A stretch of 17,687 nucleotides of DNA, from the NCBI GenBank assembly GCA_965662175.1, contig CBFIGT010000040.1, positions 1 to 17,687 of the forward strand, written 5' to 3'. The notes under the pieces were generated by a model. The model was not told the origin of the DNA. It searched no databases and saw nothing but the letters and a program-made list of their open reading frames with translations. Positions 9,683 through 17,587 of the stretch are shown here, in pieces (position 1 is the first letter of the stretch; each line of letters starts with the position of its first letter). Source of the DNA: Arcobacter sp. (lineage in GTDB: Bacteria; Campylobacterota; Campylobacteria; Campylobacterales; Arcobacteraceae). The position numbers were made by a program, and so were the translations under genes.

Positions 9683-9748
9683 TTATTCGTCGTCAGTGCT
9701 TTCTTCAGTATCATCAGTAGAAATTATATACTTATAAATTACCATAGC
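9683..9748 (-). other. recA: In-frame RecA C-terminal acidic tail beyond a premature TAA
   Basis: After the TAA at 9749-9751 the same frame reads AMVIYKYIISTDDTEESTDDE* (TAA 9683-9685), a typical RecA D/E-rich tail. Confidence 0.85.
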
Positions 9749-10723
9749 TTATAAAATTTTTATTTCAATCTCTTTTGCAATTTCAGGATTATCTCTTAAG
9801 AATATTTTAGAATTCTCTTTTCCTTGTCCAATTTTACTATCTCCATAAGAGAACCAAGCACCAGCTTTATCAACAATATCAAGCTTAACACCATAATCAA
9901 CAAGCTCTCCCATTTTAGAAATACCCTCACCAAACATAATATCAAATTCAGCTTGTTTAAATGGAGGTGCAACTTTGTTTTTTACAACTTTTACTTTAAC
10001 TCTATTTCCTATTGAGTTTTCAGCTTGTTTAAGTGTAGCAATTCTTCTAATATCAAGTCTAACAGATGAGTAAAATTTAAGTGCATTTCCACCTGTAGTA
10101 GTTTCAGGACTTCCATATCCTGTCATACCAATTTTCATTCTAATTTGGTTGATAAATATTACAGTACAGTTCATTTTATGTAAAATACCAGTGATTTTTC
10201 TTAAGGCTTTAGACATAAGTCTAGCTTGAACACCAACTTGTTGGTCATCCATATCACCATCAATTTCAACTTTTGGAGTAAGGGCTGCAACTGAATCCAC
10301 TACGATTAAATCAACAGCTCCACTTCTAATAACAGTCTCAAGTATCTCTAAAGCTTGCTCACCAAAGTCAGGTTGAGATACAAGTAAGTTATCAGTATCA
10401 ACACCTAAGTTTTTTGCATAAACAACATCAAGAGCATGCTCCGCATCAATAAAAGCACAAACTCCACCAGCTTTTTGAGCTTCTGCAATAGCATGTAGTG
10501 TAAGTGTTGTTTTACCTGAAGATTCAGGTCCATATATCTCAATAACTCTACCCTTTGGTAATCCACCAACACCAAGTGCTAAGTCAAGACCTAGTGAACC
10601 TGTACTAATTGACTCCACAGGAACAGTCTCTTTGTCCCCAAGTCTTACTAAAGTACCTTTTCCAAAAGCCTTATCTATTTGTTTAATTGCTAAGTCAAGT
10701 GATTTTTTTTGATTATCATCCAT
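9749..10723 (-). CDS. recA: Recombinase RecA (324 aa as given; 346 aa if the internal stop is an error)
   Basis: Walker [55 protein letters not shown] and KNKVAPPF. Confidence 0.99.
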   Translation of the reverse strand: MDDNQKKSLDLAIKQIDKAFGKGTLVRLGDKETVPVESISTGSLGLDLALGVGGLPKGRVIEIYGPESSGKTTLTLHAIAEAQKAGGVCAFIDAEHALDVVYAKNLGVDTDNLLVSQPDFGEQALEILETVIRSGAVDLIVVDSVAALTPKVEIDGDMDDQQVGVQARLMSKALRKITGILHKMNCTVIFINQIRMKIGMTGYGSPETTTGGNALKFYSSVRLDIRRIATLKQAENSIGNRVKVKVVKNKVAPPFKQAEFDIMFGEGISKMGELVDYGVKLDIVDKAGAWFSYGDSKIGQGKENSKIFLRDNPEIAKEIEIKIL

Positions 10724-10758
10724 TTTAATTCCTATTAGTTCTGTTTATTTATGATGGC

Positions 10759-10767
10759 ATTTTATCA
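10759..10767 (-). promoter_or_regulatory. Extended -10 promoter (TGaTAAAAT) of recA, inside a 17-bp palindrome
   Basis: + strand attttatca reads TGATAAAAT on the - strand, about 36 nt upstream of the recA ATG. Confidence 0.6.
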
Positions 10768-10812
10768 GATAAAATTTGAAGTTTTGATTTTTATTGCAAA
10801 TTGTAATGAAAT

Positions 10813-11025
10813 TTATTCATCATTTTTTTTATTTAACTCTTCATCAATCTTTTGAATCGTTTCTATAGTCTTTATGTGAGAAGTTACTCTTTTTTTCATA
10901 GTGAATTTTTTTATATGTTTTGCAAGTATTTTTGTATATTTTTTGTAGTTTCTAGAATCTTTTTCAAAAGTAGCTAACTTTTTTTGTATTTTTAAGATGT
11001 CTTCTGGGATTGGATTCTTTTCCAT
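10813..11025 (-). CDS. Small basic hypothetical protein (70 aa)
   Basis: ATG start, Lys-rich and predicted helical. Fills the recA-pseB gap without overlapping other genes. No domain recognised. Confidence 0.7.
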   Translation of the reverse strand: MEKNPIPEDILKIQKKLATFEKDSRNYKKYTKILAKHIKKFTMKKRVTSHIKTIETIQKIDEELNKKNDE

Positions 11026-11100
11026 TTGTAAAACCTATGAAATTAATTTAATTTGATTATTACATATAAACTCTTAAAATAAAAAATAAATAATTTATTG

Positions 11101-11108
11101 GCTACAAT
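11101..11108 (+). promoter_or_regulatory. Putative sigma70 -10 box (GcTACAAT) for the pse operon
   Basis: GnTAnAAT match about 27 nt upstream of the pseB ATG. SD aaaagg at 11123-11128. Confidence 0.5.
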
Positions 11109-11119
11109 ATTAAGATTAG

Positions 11120-12127
<1,008 letters not shown>

Positions 12128-12128
12128 A

Positions 12129-13265
12129 ATGAATTTTATTCCATATAGTAAACAAGCTATTTCCCAAGAAGATATAAATAGTGTAGTTGAAGTTTTAAAA
12201 AGTGATTATCTTACAACCGGTCCAAAAGTAAAAGAGTTTGAGGAAGCTATTTGTTCATATACAGGGGCAAAATATTGTGTGGCTGTTTCAAATGGAACAG
12301 CAGCACTTCATATTGCTTCTTTGGCTTTTTTGGAAGAAAATGAAAAAGTTCTTACAACTCCAAACTCTTTTTTAGCTACATCAAATGCAATTTTATATGC
12401 TAATGCAAAACCTGTTTTTGTGGATATAGCAGATGATGGAAATATTGATTTAGATTTATGTGAAAAAATTTTAGAAGAAAATAGTGACATAAGAACTATG
12501 TATGTAGTTCACTTTTCAGGTTTAAGTACAAATCAAAAAAAATTAAAAGAGTTAAAAGATAAATATAATCTAAAAATCTTAGAAGATTGTGCCCACTCAA
12601 TAGGGGCTAAAGATAAAGATATAAAAGCTGGTTCTTGTAAAAATAGTGAACTCTCAATTTTATCTTTTCATCCTGTTAAAGGTTTTACAACAGGTGAGGG
12701 TGGAGCTGTTACAACTAACTCAAAAGAGCTTTATGAGAAAATGTTGATTTTAAGAAATCATGGAATGGAAGCAAATAGTGAAATCGCACCTTGGCACTAT
12801 GATATGAAGTATTTAGGATTTAATTATAGACTTACAGATATCTCTTGTGCCTTGGGAATTTCTCAGTTAAAAAGATTTGATACTTTTTTGGAAAAAAGAA
12901 GAGAAATAGCTAAAAAATATTGTGAAGTATTTAAAAAATATGATTTTATAGAACCTTTATATTCTTTTGTTAGTGAGTCAGCCTATCATCTTTTTGTAGT
13001 AAAAATTGATTTTGAAAAGTTTGGAATAGAAAAAAAAGAGTTTGTTTTAAAAATGAGAGAAAAAGATATTGGATTACAGTATCACTATATTCCTATAAAT
13101 AAACAGCCATATTATACAAATCTTGGTTATGGTGATGAGTTTACACCAAAAATGGATGAGTATTATAAAAAAGCAATATCTTTGCCTATTTATCCTAGTT
13201 TAAAGTTTGAAGAACAAGAGTATGTAATTAAAACTTTAAAAGATATATTAGAAAAAAAGATTTAG
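12129..13265 (+). CDS. pseC: UDP-4-amino-4,6-dideoxy-N-acetyl-beta-L-altrosamine transaminase (DegT family, PLP)
   Basis: Motifs LTTGPKVKEFE, VSNGTAALH, EDCAHS, SFHPVK (PLP lysine), TTGEGG and LGFNYRLTD. Directly follows pseB. Confidence 0.92.
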   Translation: MNFIPYSKQAISQEDINSVVEVLKSDYLTTGPKVKEFEEAICSYTGAKYCVAVSNGTAALHIASLAFLEENEKVLTTPNSFLATSNAILYANAKPVFVDIADDGNIDLDLCEKILEENSDIRTMYVVHFSGLSTNQKKLKELKDKYNLKILEDCAHSIGAKDKDIKAGSCKNSELSILSFHPVKGFTTGEGGAVTTNSKELYEKMLILRNHGMEANSEIAPWHYDMKYLGFNYRLTDISCALGISQLKRFDTFLEKRREIAKKYCEVFKKYDFIEPLYSFVSESAYHLFVVKIDFEKFGIEKKEFVLKMREKDIGLQYHYIPINKQPYYTNLGYGDEFTPKMDEYYKKAISLPIYPSLKFEEQEYVIKTLKDILEKKI

Positions 13266-13276
13266 GAGTTTGTTTC

Positions 13277-14584
13277 TTGAAAGTCAATGTTGAATCAAAC
13301 AGAATAGAATATAAAAAAATCTTAACAGATACTTTTGAGAAAGAGGTCGTTGCTTTTTTAAATTATCATGAGGGTGGAATAATTTATATTGGAATTAATA
13401 AAGATGGCGAAATAGTAGGTTGTCAAAATCCTGATGAAACTCAACTCAAAATTAAAGATAAACTCAAGCATAATATATCTCCATCGTGTCTTGGACTTTT
13501 TGAAGTTATTTTAGAAACTATTCAAGAGAAGCTAGTTATAAAAATCATAATAGCAAGTGGAAGAGAAACTCCTTATTATATCAAAAAAAATGGAATGTCC
13601 CCCAAAGGATGTTATATAAGAGTTGGTAGCAGCAGTGAACCTATGAGTCAAAGTATGATTGAAGATTTGTTTGCTAAAAGAGTTAGGAACTCACTTGGAA
13701 ATATAAAATCAAGAAGACAAGATTTAACTTTTGAACAATTAAAAATATATTATGAAGAAAATGGTTTAAAGCTTAATGAAAAATTTGCTTCAAACTTAGA
13801 ACTTTTGACAGATGATGGATACTATAATTATGTAGCTTACCTTATGGCTGATATAAATGGCACCTCAATAAAAGTAGCAAAATATGCAGGGAAAGACAAA
13901 GTTGACTTAATAGAAAATAATGAATATGGATATTGTTCTCTTATAAAAGCTACAAAAAGAGTTCTTGAAAAGTTAGAAATAGAAAATAAAACAGCAGCAC
14001 TCATAACTTCTACCATAAGAAAAGAGCAAACTCTTTGGGACAAAGTAGCATTAAGAGAAGCAGTTATTAATGCTATAGTTCACAATGACTATACCACAGA
14101 AAACCCTCCTGTTTTTGAGATATTTAGTGATAGGATAGAGATTACTTCTACAGGTGGACTATCTGTTATTAAAAATATAGATGATTTTTATTCTGGTTAC
14201 TCAAATCCTACAAGTAGAGAGCTTATGCGTATTTATAAAGATTTAGAACTTGTAGAACATTTAGGTTCAGGATTAAATAGAATATTAGTAGTTTATGATA
14301 GAGATAGCTTTGTTATAAAGCAAAACTATATGAAAAATATTTTTTATAAAAATGAGAAATCCTTGAATGAGGGAGTAAATGAGGGAGTAAATGAGGGAGT
14401 AAATGAGGGAGTAAAATCTCTTTATGAACTTATTAAAAATAAGCCTAATAATCGTTCAACATTTTTTTCAAAAGAGCTAAATACATCAGTTAAAAATATA
14501 GAAAGATGGCTAAAACAATTAAAAGATGAGAATAAAATAGAGTTTAAAGGTAGTTTTAAAACAGGAGGTTATTTTGCAAAATAG
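13277..14584 (+). CDS. Schlafen/AlbA_2-domain protein with HATPase_c_4 ('RecG C-terminal-like') domain and C-terminal winged helix-turn-helix
   Basis: N-terminal ESNRIEYK and VAFLNxxxGGIIYIGI (AlbA_2). REAVINAIVHNDY, DRIEITSTGGL and LVEHLGSGLNRI (HATPase_c_4). (NEGV)4 linker, then TSVKNIERWLKQLKDENKIEFKGSFKTGGY (wHTH). TTG start with SD AGGAG at 13264-13268. Confidence 0.85.
   Translation: MKVNVESNRIEYKKILTDTFEKEVVAFLNYHEGGIIYIGINKDGEIVGCQNPDETQLKIKDKLKHNISPSCLGLFEVILETIQEKLVIKIIIASGRETPYYIKKNGMSPKGCYIRVGSSSEPMSQSMIEDLFAKRVRNSLGNIKSRRQDLTFEQLKIYYEENGLKLNEKFASNLELLTDDGYYNYVAYLMADINGTSIKVAKYAGKDKVDLIENNEYGYCSLIKATKRVLEKLEIENKTAALITSTIRKEQTLWDKVALREAVINAIVHNDYTTENPPVFEIFSDRIEITSTGGLSVIKNIDDFYSGYSNPTSRELMRIYKDLELVEHLGSGLNRILVVYDRDSFVIKQNYMKNIFYKNEKSLNEGVNEGVNEGVNEGVKSLYELIKNKPNNRSTFFSKELNTSVKNIERWLKQLKDENKIEFKGSFKTGGYFAK
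14366..14413 (+). repeat. Perfect tandem repeat, 4 x AATGAGGGAGTA (encodes NEGV x4)
   Basis: Identical 12-bp units start at 14366, 14378, 14390 and 14402, in frame with the AlbA-domain gene. Confidence 0.98.
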
Positions 14585-15290
14585 ATGTGTAGCTATTATA
14601 CCAGCTCGTGGTGGAAGCAAAAGAATTCCTAGAAAAAATATAAAAGATTTTTTTGGGAAGCCACTTATTGCTTACTCAATTGAAGTTGCTTTAAAATCTA
14701 AACTTTTTGATAAAGTTGTTGTAAGTACAGATGATGAAGAGATTGTAAAGATAGCTAAAAAATATGGAGCAGAAGTTCCATTTTTAAGACCAAAAGAGTT
14801 AAGTGATGATTTTACAGGCACGGGCGATGTAGCCGAACATGCAATAGAGTATCTTGAGTCTAATGGTGAGAGTTATAAATATGTATGTACTATTTATGCT
14901 ACAGCACCATTTTTACAAATAAAGTATTTAAAAGATGCTTATGAAAAACTAAAAAAATCAGATGCTGTTAATGTTTTTAGTGCAAGCAGTATGCCATTTC
15001 CAATACAAAGAACATTTAAATTAAATAGTGATGGAAGATGTGAGATGTTTACTCCTGAATACTATATGAGTAGAAGTCAAGATTTAGAAGAAGCATATCA
15101 AGATGCAGGACAATTTTATTGGACTAATAGGTCTAGACAAAAAAACTCACCAAATAGTGTAATGTTTAGTGATATAAGTATTCCTCTTATTTTACCAAGA
15201 TATCTAGTGCAAGACATAGATACATTAGAGGATTGGACTAGAGCTGAGTATATGTATGAAGCTTTAAAAAGTAGTAGAGAAGTAGAATAA
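14574..15290 (+). CDS. pseF: Pseudaminic acid cytidylyltransferase
   Basis: Motifs IIPARGGSKRIPRKN, VVSTDD, CTIYATAPF, RSQDLEEAYQDAGQFYW and QDIDTLEDW. TTG start with SD AGGAGG at 14563-14568. Confidence 0.92.
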   Translation: MQNRCVAIIPARGGSKRIPRKNIKDFFGKPLIAYSIEVALKSKLFDKVVVSTDDEEIVKIAKKYGAEVPFLRPKELSDDFTGTGDVAEHAIEYLESNGESYKYVCTIYATAPFLQIKYLKDAYEKLKKSDAVNVFSASSMPFPIQRTFKLNSDGRCEMFTPEYYMSRSQDLEEAYQDAGQFYWTNRSRQKNSPNSVMFSDISIPLILPRYLVQDIDTLEDWTRAEYMYEALKSSREVE

Positions 15291-16219
15291 TGAATATCCT
15301 TATACGAGCAGACTCATCATCTAAAATTGGGACAGGCCATATTATAAGAGACCTTGTATTAGCTCATCAGTACCCAAATGATAATATTATTTTTGCTACA
15401 CAAGATTTAAAAGGTAATATAAATCAAAAAGTATTAGAAGCTGGATATAAACTAAAAATATTAAAGTCAAATGAGATAAAAGAACTAGATAAGCTAATCA
15501 AAGAATTAAGTATTGATTTATTGATTATAGATCACTATGAAATAAGTTATTTATATGAAAAAGAGTTAAAAACTAAAAATGAGACATTAAAAATTTTTTC
15601 TTTTGATGATACTTATGAAAAACATTACTGTGATGTACTTTTAAATCATAATATAAGTGCTGATAAAAAAAAGTATAAAGAGTTAGTTCCCAAACACTGT
15701 GAATTAAAGTGTGGATCTAAATATACACTTTTAAGAGATGAGTTTATAAAAGAAACTAAAAAACTAAAAAATAAGAAACAATTTAAAATTAATCACTCTA
15801 AATTCAATATTTTTATTGCAATGGGCGGTGCCGATCACTCAAATATAAATATAAAAGTATTAAAAGTGTTAAAACACTTTCCAAATATAAAAGTTAATCT
15901 TGTTACAACAAAAGCAAATAAAAACCTAAAAGAATTAGAAATATATTGTAAAAGTAAAAAATGGATAACTTTACATATAAACTCTGACAAAATAGCTAAA
16001 CTAATGGCAAAAAGTAATTTTGCAATAGTTACACCAAGTGTGACTTTAAATGAAGTATATTTTATGAATTTACCTTTTATAGCAATAAAAACAGCAGATA
16101 ATCAAAAAGAAATATATAAGTATCTAAAAAAGAAAAATTATTTAGCTTTAAAAGAGTTTAATAAAAATAAATTAGAAAAAAGTATACTTAAAATGATTGA
16201 AAAGATTAAAGGTAAGTGA
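15290..16219 (+). CDS. pseG: UDP-2,4-diacetamido-2,4,6-trideoxy-beta-L-altropyranose hydrolase
   Basis: Motifs RADSSSKIGTGHIIRDL (catalytic His), IIDHY, SFDD, LLRDEF, MGGAD and ADNQ. TAATG coupling with pseF. Confidence 0.88.
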   Translation: MNILIRADSSSKIGTGHIIRDLVLAHQYPNDNIIFATQDLKGNINQKVLEAGYKLKILKSNEIKELDKLIKELSIDLLIIDHYEISYLYEKELKTKNETLKIFSFDDTYEKHYCDVLLNHNISADKKKYKELVPKHCELKCGSKYTLLRDEFIKETKKLKNKKQFKINHSKFNIFIAMGGADHSNINIKVLKVLKHFPNIKVNLVTTKANKNLKELEIYCKSKKWITLHINSDKIAKLMAKSNFAIVTPSVTLNEVYFMNLPFIAIKTADNQKEIYKYLKKKNYLALKEFNKNKLEKSILKMIEKIKGK

Positions 16220-16914
16220 TGACTTCTATAACAATAGCGACGATTAAAGAATGGAATATAGAAAACTATTTTAAGATTAAGAAAGAATATAATAATAAAT
16301 ATGATTTTTATCTAATATCAAATAAAGATGAATTGACAATTGAATATCTAAAAAAGGTAAATCCAAAATATATTTTTTTCCCACATTGGTCTTGGATTAT
16401 TGAAAAAGAGATATATGACAATTTTAATTGTGTAGTGTTTCATATGACAGATTTACCATATGGAAGAGGGGGAAGTCCTTTTCAAAATTTGATCATGAAT
16501 GAAATTTATGATACAAAAATAACTGCTTTAAAAGTTGATGGTGGTTTAGATACTGGTGATATATATTTAAAAGAAAATCTTAATATAAGTATTGGAAGTG
16601 CCGAAGAAAATTTTATAAAACTTTCTGATATTATTTTTAATAAAATGATTCCAACTCTTTTAAATAATGATTTAATACCAAAAAAGCAAAGTGGCGATGT
16701 TATAGAATTTAAAAGAAGAAAGCCAAAAGAAAGTGATATTTTAAAGGTCAATGAAAAAAATTTACATAAACTTTATGATTTTATAAGAATGTTAGATGCT
16801 GAGGGATATCCAAAAGCCTATATAGAATTAGATAAAATAAAAATAGAATTTAGTGAAGTGCACTTAAAAAATAAAAAACTTGTAGGAAGATTTGAGGTGT
16901 TTGATAATGAGTAA
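16219..16914 (+). CDS. N10-formyl-THF-dependent formyltransferase (Fmt-like, probably a sugar N-formyltransferase)
   Basis: Motifs IFFPHWSWII, FHMTDLPYGRGGSP, GLDTGDI and YDFIRMLDAEGYPKAY. The ATG at 16219 overlaps the pseG TGA (TGATG); GTG 16216 is an alternative start. Confidence 0.85.
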   Translation: MTSITIATIKEWNIENYFKIKKEYNNKYDFYLISNKDELTIEYLKKVNPKYIFFPHWSWIIEKEIYDNFNCVVFHMTDLPYGRGGSPFQNLIMNEIYDTKITALKVDGGLDTGDIYLKENLNISIGSAEENFIKLSDIIFNKMIPTLLNNDLIPKKQSGDVIEFKRRKPKESDILKVNEKNLHKLYDFIRMLDAEGYPKAYIELDKIKIEFSEVHLKNKKLVGRFEVFDNE

Positions 16915-17587
16915 AAAAATATTGATTGTAGCAGCTCATCCTGATGATGAAGTATTGGGTTGTTTTGGAACTGTTGCAAGATTTATTAAAGAGGGATATG
17001 AAGCTTATACTTTAATACTTGGTGAGGGAAAAACAGCTAGAGATGATAAAAGAGTAGCTGAAAATAAAAAAGATGAACTTGAACTTTTAAATACAGAGAT
17101 TGTAAGTGCTAATGATACTATAGGAATAAAAAAAGTTTTTGTTGAGAGCTTCCCAGACAACAGATTTGATAGTGTAGATTTACTTGATATTATTAAAGTT
17201 ATATCAAAGATAAAAGAAGAGATAAAGCCTGATATAATATTTACTCATTATGAACATGACTTAAATATTGATCATCAAATAACATATAAAGCTGTTATAA
17301 CTGCAACTAGACCTATGGAAGATGAGTGTGTAAAAGAGATATATAGTTTTGAAATACTCTCCTCTACAGAATGGAATTATCCTTTGTCTTTTTCCCCTGA
17401 TACTTTTTTTGATATAAGTGATACATTAGACTTAAAAGTCAAAGCTATGAAAGAATACAATTCCGAATTATGCCAATATCCACATCCAAGAAGTTTAGAG
17501 GGAATAGAGCTTAATGCAAAATACCAAGGTATGAGAGTTGGTAAAAAATATGTTGAAGCATTTAAGAGTGTAAGAGTACTGAAATAA
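16907..17587 (+). CDS. PIG-L/LmbE-family Zn-dependent de-N-acetylase
   Basis: Motifs AAHPDDEVLG and THYEHDLNIDH, plus YPHPRS. Likely start is ATG 16907 (SD gagg 16894-16897), not the TTG at 16892. Confidence 0.9.
   Translation: MSKKILIVAAHPDDEVLGCFGTVARFIKEGYEAYTLILGEGKTARDDKRVAENKKDELELLNTEIVSANDTIGIKKVFVESFPDNRFDSVDLLDIIKVISKIKEEIKPDIIFTHYEHDLNIDHQITYKAVITATRPMEDECVKEIYSFEILSSTEWNYPLSFSPDTFFDISDTLDLKVKAMKEYNSELCQYPHPRSLEGIELNAKYQGMRVGKKYVEAFKSVRVLK

Noticed and set aside
9749..9751. Programmed read-through or selenocysteine/pyrrolysine recoding of the recA stop
   Set aside because: The codon is UAA, which is not used for Sec or Pyl, and neighbouring codons show the same apparent G>T change, pointing to substitution or error.
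9650..9754. 34-codon + strand ORF ([34 protein letters not shown]) after AAGGAG, resembling a type I toxin peptide
   Set aside because: It is the codon-aligned antisense of the acidic RecA tail, which automatically gives hydrophobic residues. The start is TTG, the SD spacing is long (11 nt) and no promoter is evident.
9824..10015. 63-aa + strand ORF
   Set aside because: Antisense within recA.
11098..11116. TTGGCTAC upstream of pseB as a sigma54 -24 element
   Set aside because: No TGC -12 element at the required spacing. The sequence is better explained as a sigma70 -10 box (TACAAT).
14366..14413. Tandem repeat as a CRISPR array or iteron set
   Set aside because: Units are 12 bp, contiguous, have no spacers and lie in frame within a CDS. 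No cas or rep gene is present.
13266..14584. AlbA-domain gene as an IS element or a true RecG helicase
   Set aside because: No transposase motifs, terminal inverted repeats or clear target duplication, and no SF2 helicase motifs (Walker A, DExH). The 'RecG' label on this family is an annotation carry-over.
12308..16751. Short - strand ORFs at 12308-12490, 13837-14043 and 16506-16751
   Set aside because: Each is fully antisense to a well-supported gene and has no motif.
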